Part shown: positions 51,101 to 61,915 of the stretch, one piece after another
Numbering within the stretch: position 1 is the stretch's first letter
How the letters are laid out: the number at the start of each line of letters is the position of its first letter
DNA from: Chiloscyllium plagiosum
Lineage: Eukaryota
Assembly (NCBI RefSeq): GCF_004010195.1
Contig: NC_057749.1
Span: 26,272,591 to 26,336,590 of the forward strand
DNA length: 64,000 nucleotides
Direction of reading: 5' to 3'
The notes under the pieces: generated by a model
The model's input: the letters and a program-made list of their open reading frames with translations, nothing else
Databases searched by the model: none
Told to the model about the DNA's origin: nothing
Program-made: the position numbers and the translations under genes

Positions 51101-53253
51101 GGGAGTTTTGTTTGTACTTTTTGTGATCAGAGATGTACTGAATGAATCAACCAAATTTAATCCATTTGAATTAATTTTTGGGCATGAAGTAAGAGGACCA
51201 TTAAAATTGATTAAGCAGAAATCAATAAGTCAGAATTCAGAGACCACCCATTTGGACTATGTGTCAAATTTTGGAGAATGATTAAATCGAGCTGGAGAGT
51301 TGGCTAGACAGCATTTAAAAGTATTACAGCATACAGTGAAACAGGAGGCGAATAAGAAATCACAAATTTGCAATTGGGGATACAGTATTGGTGTTACTTC
51401 CAGTAACAGGGGAACCTTTAAAAGCAAGGTTTAGTGGACCATATCAAATTGAGAGCAAATTGAGTCAGGTGAACTACTTGATAAGGACTCCAGACAGGAA
51501 GAAATCTCACAGAGTGTGTCATGTGAATCTGCTCAAAAGGTATTTTGATCAGGAAAGAAAGCAAGAGGAGAAGGTGTTAATGATTACAGCGCAGAGTGAA
51601 GAACCAAGTTCAGAGGATTTCAAATTTGACATTGCTCAAATCAAATTGGACAATGAGGAAGATGTCAAAAATTGGAATAAATTATTGAGTTACCTTCCAC
51701 AAGAACATTGAAATGACCTGAAAGACTTATTACTATCACATGGGGAGATATACGGAAATAAACTGGGAAGTAATTGTGCATGATGTAGATATAGGAGATG
51801 CTGTTCCAATTAAGCAACATCCTTATAGGCATAACCCTCTAAAGTTGGCGCAGGTTTGGAAGGAGATAGAGCGCTTGCTCCAAAATGGCATAATTGAAGT
51901 GAGTTACAGTGACTGGTGCTCACCGATAGGCATGGTGCCAAAGCCAGATGGTACCCAACGGTTATGTGTGGACTATCACAAAGTAATCACCATTACAAAG
52001 ACTGATGCATATCCAATTCCACAATTGGAGGACTCTGTCGAAAAAGTGGGATAAGCAACTTACATTTCTAAGCTGGACTTGCTCAGAGGCTACTGGCAAG
52101 TACCTCTGTCAGAGAGAGCAAAGGCAATTTCAGCTTTTGTAACGCCAAATGAACTATATCAGTTCAAAGTCATGTTGTTTGATATGAAAAATGCTCCAGC
52201 CACATTTCAGAGACTGACTAATAAGGTCATTGCAGGATTTCCCAAATGTGTGGTGTATATTAATGACCTGGTGACTTTTGATCACTCATGGAAGGAACAT
52301 TTACAGCATTTATCGCACTTGTTCGATCGACTTCGAAGGCAGGCTTGGTGGTAAACCTAGCTAAGAGTGAATTTGCCAAAGCCCAAGTCACTTTCCTGGG
52401 CCATGTTACTGGACATGGACAAATGGCTCCAAGGGATGCGAAAATGAAAGTAATTGGAGAATTTCCCACACCATCGACGAAAAGAGCAGTATTATGGTTC
52501 CTGGGATTGAGTGGATTTTACTGAACGTTTGTGCCGAACTGTAGCAGTGAGGCTGCTCCACTCAGTTTCAGTGGACAGTGGACTGTCAAATGGCATTTGA
52601 CAGCCTAAAATCTGTGTTAACCACTGCCTCAGCCACATTGGATTACACAAAGCCTTTCAAGGTGGCTATCGATGCCAATGATGTGGGTGTCAGTGCAGTG
52701 CTCCTGCAGGAGGATGACGAGGGAATAGAAAGATCTGTTGGGTATTTTTCCAGGAAGTGAACATTCATCAACAGAAATATTCAACGGTGGAGAAAGAGAA
52801 TTTGTTGGCATTACAACATTTCAGTGTTTACATTACCAGCAATACATCTGAGACAATTGTATACACTGATCATAACCCATTGACATTTGTGGAAAAATTT
52901 AAGGACAAATATGCCTGATTGTTTCGATGGAGCTTGTTGTTGCATCCATTTAGTTTGACAATTGTGCATGGGGCAGGTCATAAAAACATGATTGCCGATG
53001 CATTATCGAGACTCGAGTGAGATACAGAGGCGTTCGTTGGCGGGTGTGCCACGGCCTGAATTCACATGTAGTTTTACATGTTTGCATGTTTATAGTTAGT
53101 ATAGTGGATATGTGTGCTTTGACTACTAACTGGGTTTTTGAAGGGTTTTAAAAATAAAGCCATCTTTTGGTATTGATGATGCATTGTGTTTAAGGGGGGT
53201 GGTGTCACAAAGCTGGTTTCTTTTTTATAAAGGCTGTTCCTTTTCTGAAGGAA
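48173..53253 (+). mobile_element. Gmr1-like Ty3/Gypsy LTR retrotransposon (gag-PR-IN-RT-RNaseH), decayed; 5' LTR 48173-48786, truncated 3' LTR 53203-53253
   Basis: 5' LTR TG...CA. Degenerate tRNA-Pro-like PBS (TGGAGGCTC..., from 48790). gag ATG at 48886, zinc knuckle CFHCNKVGH, protease LRDTGS, integrase (H..CQTCHTC, DQGSNF, VERWH, GPY), RT (GYWQVPL, NAPATFQR, YIND), RNase H (IDANDVG). PPT aaggggggtgg at 53192-53202. LTR start repeated at 53203. AGGCC on both flanks. Confidence 0.92.
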
Positions 53254-53760
53254 AGGCCACTTTTAGAATACTGCATGCAATTCTAGTCTGCTTGCTGTAG
53301 GAAGGATTTGCCTGAGTTGGAGGGTTTGAGCTATAGGGAGAGGCTGAATAGACTGGGGCTATTTTCTCTGGAGTGTTGGAGGCTGAGGGGTGACCTCAAA
53401 GAAGTTTATAAGATCATGTAAGGCATGGATAGGTGAACATCCAAGGTCTTTTCCCTGGGGTTGAGGAGTCCAAAACTACAGGGCATAGGTTTATGGTGAG
53501 AGGGGAAAGTCTAAAAGGCCTAAGGGGCAACTTTTTCACACAGAAGGTAGTGCATGCATGGAATGAGTTGCCAGAGGGAGTGGTGGAAGCAGGTACAATT
53601 ACAACATTTAAAAGGAAACATGGGTGTATGAATGGGAAGGGTTTAAAGGGATATAGGCCAAATGCTGGCAAATGGGACTAGATTAATTTAACATATCTGA
53701 CCGGCATAGGTGAGTTGGACTGAAGGGTCTGTTTCCTTGCTGTACATCTCTATGACTCTA
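53254..53760 (+). mobile_element. CR1 3' end, right part of the element split by the LTR retrotransposon
   Basis: NFFTQKVVHAWNELPEGVVEAGTITTFK and a ctctatgactcta tail. Confidence 0.88.
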
Positions 53761-55859
53761 CTAAAGGGGCAGTGAGAATGAGGCAGAAAGAGAGATGAGA
53801 AACATTGCTGATTATAAGCCAATAGAAGAAGCTGTTTCACAAAAAAGGTTAATAAAAATATTAATTTTCAAGAGGATATGTGTAGGTTGATCTGCAATGT
53901 AACTGCAATGGTTGTTCTGGCACAGCTTTACAGAGTGAGTGGCCAACCCACAGCCTGACTCAGCTAACACGAAACAGGCAGAGGTGGGAGTCAGTGAAAG
54001 GACATCCTGCCCTCAACCCGTCAAATTATGTTAACCAGGAAAGTGAGGACCTGGAGGAAATGAAGCAATCCCTCCAGCTCACTCAGTCAGCCATATCTAC
54101 AGTATCATGAGATCCATGCCAGTTGTGAAGATATAACTGATTACATGTCTCTGACATAAGTAAAAGATGATACCAGACATGTGGAGAGGTCGTAGATATT
54201 ACACTAGAGAGCTGTGTTCGAGAACCTACTGCACAGATGTCAATAAAGAGTGCTACAGTACATTAGGAGTTGGAGAGCCTCAATTAGTGAAAAGGAACCA
54301 GTAGCCTCAGGGACAGTGTCCGTGCAGACATCCACAGCCTAGACCAGTACCTCAATAAGCAGATAGTGGTATTGGATAAAATCACAAGATAAAAGTAATT
54401 TAGTCACAGGTAATAATCAAGAACAGCAGTGTTCAGGCAGACCCTTTTAAAACAAATTCAAGGGTGCACATTTGCAAGGTGACCAGGCATAGGATCTGGA
54501 TGATTTCTTTTGTCTTCACCAATATTGTTGGTGGAATCCAAGTGCACAATGCATTCACTATTTTGAAACATGGAGACATTCATTTATGTCTGTACAATCT
54601 TCACAGTCCCACAGGATTGAGGCTGTCTGGCTTCTTCTCCACTTTAATGTGTTCTGAGATGGCAGAGAAATCCAATGCATGATCCATAGATTCATCCTCA
54701 GGCGAGAAAGGGATAATTAGAGCATTGGGGTAAGTGTGAGGTCAGGAGGTTTGTGTAGTCTCTTGAATCGTTGACTCTCACTTCTGGGTGTCGTCAATGA
54801 AGTCTCTCAAAATGTTTGGTACCTTTCCATTTTGGCCAATATGTACTGCTTTGTTGGGCAGTACATTTCATTTACTTTGACACTTCAAAGTGCTTCCAAT
54901 CCAATGAGTTCTATTTTGAAGCAAGGCCAACATTACTCTGTAGGCCCGTGGACAAGGGCAAAGCCTTCCGTGGGTGTGTTTTTTTTTACAAAGACTGGAA
55001 AAAAAGTATGCTGTCATGAACTTGAGTTGGCACACACATCTGGAGACAGAGCCAGGCAAATAGATAAAAAAGTCTCCAGGTGTTTCCACAAGCCAAATGT
55101 TAATTGCAGTTATTTTGAAGTTATGGGGCTAGTCATCCTGTATGTGGGTGTGACAGGTCTTTGGGGAGGGATGCATCATTTTTTAGTAATGTGTCAGAAT
55201 TGTATTTTCCATGGCGTATTAATTTTATAAGAGAAAGCGAGGACTGCAGATGCTGTATTAATGTTATACAGAGTAAAGAATAAATGGATGCAAGACATTC
55301 ATTATTTGAGCATATGAAGGGGAAAATTTCATCCCTTAGAGACTCTAGCCCCACAATTTGAGCTGTCTGGTTGAAATTCCCTCTGAGCTGTTCTAGTCCG
55401 TATGGAGGAGGTTACCATACGGACTGCTGCTGCTTCCCGTCTTCACCAACCATCTGGACACATCAGGGCAGTTCATCCTGCTGCCTGGAGGTGGCGTCGA
55501 TCACCAATGGCAGGATCTCGATGTCGAAGATCCCCCTTGTGCCGTCAGAGGTTTGGCAAAGAAGGAACAAAATAGTAATCCAACAACCAAAAGATCAAGA
55601 TGACTGACAGACTCACACAGCACTTGCATTTGCTGTAACCTTGAGGAGTCCATATCCCATTTTTAAAAAATTTATTCATGTGTAATGAGCATCACTGCTG
55701 GGTCAGCACACATCACCCATCTCTAATTACCCAGAGGGAAGTTATGTGTTGACCACATTGCTGTGAGTCTGGAGTCACATATACACCAGACCAGGTAAAG
55801 AAAGCAGAATTCCCTCCCGAATCATTGGTGGTCCCTTGCCGACAATGATGGCTCTCTTC

Positions 55860-56460
55860 CACTCTCAGGGTGAGTCTGTAGGTGGCTGTATAGATTGATG
55901 CAGCTACCTCATGCTCTGTTACACTTGGGCAGGTGGTGGTCATGGGATAGTATGGATGGGCATTGGTGTGGCAGCGCGCTCCTTACACTGTTTCTCCCGG
56001 CTTCCGCTTTTTTCCCGACGGCAAGTCTCGAGGAGCTCAATGCCTTCTTGGATGCTCTTCCCCCACTTTGGATGGTCTTGGGCCAGTGATTCCCATGTGT
56101 CTGTGGGAATGCTGCATTTCCCCAGTGAGGCCTTGAGGGTATCCCTGAGGCCCTTCCTCTGTCCCACCTGGGGCTGGCCTGCTGTTCCGGAGCTGGGAGG
56201 AGAGCACCTGCTCAGGGATCCTCGTGTTGGTCATGGGGATGACGTACCCAGCCCATCGAGGGCGGGGGTCAATGCCACAATGGTGGGGATGTTGGCCTGG
56301 TCCAGGACGCTGGTATCGGTATGTCTGTCTTCCCAGTGGATTGGCAAGATCTTGCACAGGCAGCGTTGGTGGGACTGCTCCAGAGCCTTGAGGTATCTGC
56401 TGTAGACAGTCCATGTCTCAGAGCCATACAGGAGGCTGGGAACAATGTGCAATGACAAAG
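55860..56460 (-). mobile_element. RTE-clade LINE 3' fragment
   Basis: LLYGSETWT, HQRCLCKILPIHWEDR and GQRKGLRDTLKASLGKCSI...WESLAQD are characteristic of RTE ORF C-termini. Confidence 0.85.
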
Positions 56461-57599
56461 CTAACTGTCATTCCCAGGCAGATTTTCCATGAATGCAAAA
56501 GCCCACCTCCTAACAATCAAATTAACTGATATTACCTTATATGTAGAAACAGATAGGGATACAGGAAAATAGTTCTGCTAGATGGGGAGTCTAGAATTGG
56601 AGGATGTAGTTGAAATACCCTTTCCAAAGTGAAATTTGGAGAAACATACAAAGGATGGTGAAAGATAAGACATTTTGTGTCTTTTATTCTTGGAATGTAG
56701 GTGTTACTGATAAGGCCAACATTTATTTCCCATTCTTAGTTGCTCTTGAGAAGGTGGCAGTGATGCAGCAGCTGAAGATGGTTGGGCCTAGGATACTACA
56801 CTGAGGAACTCCTCCAGAGATGTCCCAAGGCTAAGATGATTGACCTCCAACAATCACAAACTATCTTCCAATGTGCCATGTACATCTGCAACAAGTGTAA
56901 CTTTCTCCCCTCCAATTCCCATTGCCTCCCGTTTTGCTCGGTTTCCTTGGTGTCACACTCAGTTGGAAGCAGTCCTGATGTTAACGGCAGTTGCTCTCAA
57001 CTCACCTCTGGAATGGAGCTCTTTTGTTCACACTTGCAACAAGATGCATTGAGTTCAGGAGCTCAGTGACCCTGGCAGAGCCGAAACTAAGTGTTAGTGA
57101 GCTGTATGTGCCATTTGGTGGCACTATCAAAACATCTTCCATTGCTTTCCTGATAGTCAAAAGTAAACTAATGGGATGCTAACTGACTAGATTAAGACCA
57201 TAAGACATAGAAACAGGAGTAGGTCATTTGGCCCCTCAAGCCTGGTCCGCCATTCAATAGGATCATGGCTGATCTGGCATTCCTCATATCCATTTTGCTG
57301 CTCTTTCCCCATAAACCTTGATTCCCTGACTGATCAAGAATCTATCTATCTCAACCTTAAATATCCAGACTCTGCGACGCTGGATTCTTCAGGAAGAGAT
57401 GGAGACAGATGACCCCCTCACTTTTATAGGAACATCAATGCAAAATAACGAGAGCTCAGACTGTGGGCTCTAAATAATCTTGTCCTGTTGGCATGTTCCT
57501 GATCGATAATGTTCTGCAAAAAAAGACAATCGTGTCATAGAGTATAAGAGCAAGAAGGTAATGTTGAAGTTTTATGGACCATTGGTCTGCCCACAGCTC

Positions 57600-58285
57600 C
57601 AGGGAAGGATGTTATAGCACTGGAGTGGGTACAGAGGAGCTTCATCAGGATGTTGCCTAGGGGTGGAAAAATTGACCTATAAGGAGAGACAAGGTAGACT
57701 TTCTTTACAGCATAAATGATTGAGGTGTATAAGATTATGAGGGCTATAGTTCTAGGGCAAGGAGCAGGAGATTCAGAGGGGATTTTGTGAAAAAAACCAT
57801 TTTGCACTCAGTGGGTGGTGAGAGATTGGAATCACCTTCATCCCCATCTCCATCCACCTATTGTACTCTTAGTTACCTTCTCCCCAGTCCCACCCCCCCC
57901 CCTCACATTTATCTCTCCACCACCCCCCACTCCCCCCAGGTGCCAAGCCTCATTCCTGATGGAGGGCTTTTGCCTGAAACGTCGATTCTCCTGCACCTCG
58001 GATGCTGCCTGACCTGTTGTGCTTTTCCAGCACCACTCTAATCTTGACTCTGATCTCCAGCATTTACAGTCCTCACTTTCGCCTAGAATCTGGAATGCAC
58101 TGCCTGGGAAGGTAGTGGATTCTGCAAACCTTACAACCTTCAAAAAATATTTGGATGAGGAATATCATTAAAATTCAGGGATGTGGGACAAGTGCAGGAA
58201 ATTGGGATTGGCGCATTTTCAATGGTAGTGCTGTAGGTGAAGACTCGATGGGCCGAAGGACCATTTCTGCGCTGTATGAATCGAT
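57600..58285 (+). mobile_element. Old CR1 3' fragment interrupted by a Penelope-derived short element (about 57833-58085)
   Basis: CR1 motifs (gtacagaggagcttcatcaggatg, tggaatgcactgcctg) flank a segment homologous to 40500-40716 with a degenerate hammerhead at about 57955-57985. Confidence 0.7.
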
Positions 58286-58559
58286 GTCCTGAGGGGCTCA
58301 GCAATTTTACTACACAGGCGCCTGAAATAGGAGTATTGAAGGCACGGGAGTGAGTGCTCATATTTAAAATGTAATCTTTCTGACAAGAAGCAGTCACAAT
58401 CGCCATAGCTGGCAAGTTCAGCTGGACGGCAGAATCTTTTTTAAAGTTGTGAATTCATGCCCCGTGCAGAATGAGAGAGGTGAACGATAGAACTCACATT
58501 TACCCCACTAATCCGGACGAAGTTTAGAATTGAAATCCCACCAGTTACAAAAACCAGGC

Positions 58560-59099
58560 TCCCACCCGCCCTCCTCTCCTGTAAACCAGCGTTCAGGACA
58601 CAAGTCGTCTTTCTTGAAGAGGCATTCAGTTACATAAAGGAAGCTCAGATGAAATGTGTTGGCTCAAAGTGTAGGCGGGGTCAGCCTTCGCGTTTAAAAA
58701 AGGAGAGAGGACAGAAAGAGGGAGTGTGACCCAGAGAATCCCACCCACTTCTGCAGGAGAGGGAAACTCCTTTAAGCTGTGATTTTTCAGCAGCCAATGA
58801 AGGGCAACTCAGTCCAGTGTGGTGACATCACCGGGCTAAAGAGGGTCTATTCGACTTCCTGCAAGGCTGTGACTGGTTCAGGTCGATTGCAATAAATCTC
58901 AATTCCTTGTCCCTCACCCCCCCCGCCTCCCCTTGTGGTCTGTCTGTGTGTCGACCGGAACACAACGCCTGGATGCAGCTGACCCCTGTGTGTTTCACAA
59001 GCTCTCAGTTTCGGCGAGTCAGCAGCTAACTCTTCTGCAAAAGTTGGAAGTCTCGGTTTGCCTTTTCTCCCGAGCTAGCCAGGGGCTTGCAGGGTGAGT
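58560..59099 (+). promoter_or_regulatory. Putative promoter and non-coding first exon of the next gene, divergent from NPTN (candidate CD276 by synteny)
   Basis: Non-repetitive, CpG-enriched segment with GC boxes (about 58565 and 58674), kB-like GGGAAACTCC at 58761-58770, CCAAT at 58794-58798, CRE-like TGACATCA at 58823-58830 and a consensus donor AGG|GTGAGT at 59093/59094. No coding exon is seen in the window. Confidence 0.5.
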
Positions 59100-59346
59100 G
59101 AGACCCCTCCTTTCGCCTCAATGGAAAGAGACAAGGGCTGAAGATAATTGGGATGTGGTTCTGGGAGGGGAAATAGCGGCAAATACAATTGAACAGGCAG
59201 AGCAACTGCTGCCTGTAAGTCGAGTCAAAAACATTCTTGTGTATATTTATGAACTCTTAAAGCAACGTGACTTTTTCTTCCCCTGCAGTCGTGATTGTTA
59301 GCATCCTATCTGTCAATTTGTTCAAACAGTCCCCTCCCTCCTCTTC

Positions 59347-60400
59347 TTGCTAGATTTCAATAAATTCTGAATACATTTAGATATTACTTTTATATTTCAT
59401 TCACGACAGCATATGCCAGTCACCTAATAGGGGTTGGAATGTTTCATGAAGAGTGGGCAGTAGCCAAGTATTAACTTTGTTCTAATTCAACAGGTGTGAA
59501 ACAAGAACAGAAATTGCTGGAGAAGCTCAGCAGGTCTGGCAACATCTGTGGAGAGACAGCAGTGTTTAGATTAGATTACTTAGTGTGGAAACAGGCCCTT
59601 CGGCCCAACAAGTCCACACCGCCCTGCCGAAGCGCAACCCACCCATACCCCTACATTTACCCCTTACCTAACACAATGGGACTGGAGATGTCCCTTGTGG
59701 TCCTTCACTGTGTCCCTGCCCCTACCTGTTAGTTATGAAGTACTTTCAGACAACCTGAGGTGATTGAAATGAAACACCCGATTGAAGAACCATCACAGGT
59801 AGATGGTGTTAGATTGCAGATTAATCATTAGAATTAGGTTTTATTGTCACATCGACTCAAGCACAGGGATACAGGAATACAGTGTAAAGTTTACAATTTA
59901 GCATGGCCAATTCACCTAACCTGCACATCTTTGGACTGTGGGAGGAAACCGGAGCACCCAGAGGAAACCCATGCAGACACTGGGAGAATGTGCAAACTCC
60001 ACACAGTCAGTCGCCAGAGGTGGGAATTGAACCCGGGTCTCTGGCGCTGTGAGGCAGTAGTGCTAACCACTGTGCCACCGTGCTGCCCACGTTTCAGGTT
60101 GAGTGACCCTTCCTCAGAACTGATGGCAGCTAGGAAAAAAAAGGTTCTGAGGAAGGGTCAGTCAACCTGAAACATTAACACTGCTTTCACTCCAAAGATG
60201 CTGCTAAACCTGCTGAGTCTTTCCAGCAATTTCAGTTCTTGTTTCACATCTGCTGGATTAGAACAAAGTTAATACTTAAGTCTGCTGTCTCTTCCTCATG
60301 AAAAGTTCCAACCCCCTATTAAATAGGTGACTGGCATATGCTGTCATGAATGAAAAATAAGTAATATCTAAATATATTTGGAATTATTGAAATCCAACAA
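59347..60400. repeat. Long imperfect inverted repeat centred on a Penelope-type short element, with a nested SINE
   Basis: 59347-59565 plus 60090-60120 is the reverse complement of about 60143-60400 (e.g. gacagcatatgccagtcaccta / taggtgactggcatatgctgtc). Confidence 0.85.
59566..60089 (-). mobile_element. HE1/V-SINE-like SINE interrupted by a 224-bp copy (59674-59897) of 60740-60963
   Basis: The SINE tail and head are collinear with the copy at 43013-43300 once the insert is removed. Confidence 0.88.
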
Positions 60401-61749
60401 AAACAGGAGAACTTTTCTCTATCTGCCATCAGTTCTGAGGGTCATTTGCCCTGAAATGTAACTCTGATTTCATTCCAAAGATGCTGCAAGACCTGCTGAA
60501 TGTTTCCAGCAATTTCTGTTTGTTTCTGATTTACAGAATCTGCAGTTCCTTTGGTTTCGTTTCTGAGCAAGTATGATACTGTTGGCACAGTGATGCCAGG
60601 TTTTGTACAGATGCCCAGACTGATTGATCGCTTTTCTGAGTTCACTGGCTGGCCTTTCTTCAGTTGTTGCCTCGTGTAAGATTCACTGAGCAGACAGTGG
60701 GAATGACATTTATCTAATTGAGTCAAATACTCTTTCCAGCAATGGGACTGGAGATGTCCCTTGTGGTCCTTCACTGTGTCCCTGCCCCTACCTGTTAGTT
60801 ATGAAGTACTTTCAGACAACCTGAGGTGATTGAAATGAAACACCCGATTGAAGAACCATCACAGGTAGATGGTGTTAGATTGCAGATTAATCATTAGAAT
60901 TAGGTTTTATTGTCACATCTACTCAAGCACAGGGATACAGGAATACGGTGTAAAGTTTACAATGTTGCTGTTCATGGCACCATCTTAGGTACAGGATACC
61001 TAGGTATAAAATATTAGGTAAAAGGTAGACAAGTAAAGAAATAAGTTAAAAGATCAGCATTTCAGATCTGATCAGTATAAAGTATTAAATAAGAAATAAA
61101 ATGAGAAATTCCAAATTGCAGTCCTTCTTTGGATATGGGCCCGCAGTCACTCCATGCTGCGTTTTCCCTATGATCTCTCTCGATCCAAATGTTTCCATGA
61201 TTCTGCTGACTGCTGGAGTTCCGTCCGAGCACACCAACCTCCTTGCAGCCTCAGAATGGAATGGTAGATCAGGTTTGAGGGGCAGAATGGCCTACAGTAT
61301 CTAAAACAAAATCTTCCCTTTATATTTCTGATCACTTCCTCTTCCATGATTTCGACTTGTTTGTACTGTGTATACTCAAGTCTTGCTGGCAGCTTGAGTC
61401 TAATTATGGATTGCCCCTGTTGTTGTTGGATCCAAGAATATTGTTGCAAAGCTGGTATGTGCAGGCACCCCAAGACATTGCAGACCTATCCCTCAGCTAC
61501 CGATGTGTACTGCTTGTAATTGTACCATAGACATAGGGCAAATAGTGATGGTACTGCAAGGGGCAAAGATATTTGGGTTGCTGTTGTAAGTATTTTTGAC
61601 ACCCTGATATTGTAAAGTGGTCATTCTTATTAAGGCAGAGCACTATTCTGGTATTGATGTTCCTGGATATATACCAGGTATGTGACTGTTACCATATTGC
61701 AAGAGTAAACTTTTTTATGACCTTTTAACGAGTTGTTAAATACTGAGTT

Positions 61750-61915
61750 GTATAGCTTGGAAACAGATCCTTCGGTCCAACCAGTTCATGCTGAACATAA
61801 TCCAAAACTAAACTAGTCCCACTTGCCTGCTCCTGGCCCATATTCCTCCAAACCTTTCCTTTTCATGTACTTATCCAAAATGCCTTTTTAACGTTATAAG
61901 TGTGCCCACATTAAG
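61750..61915 (-). mobile_element. CR1 3' end fragment
   Basis: Reverse complement of the CR1 3' UTR seen at 11340-11475. Confidence 0.75.
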
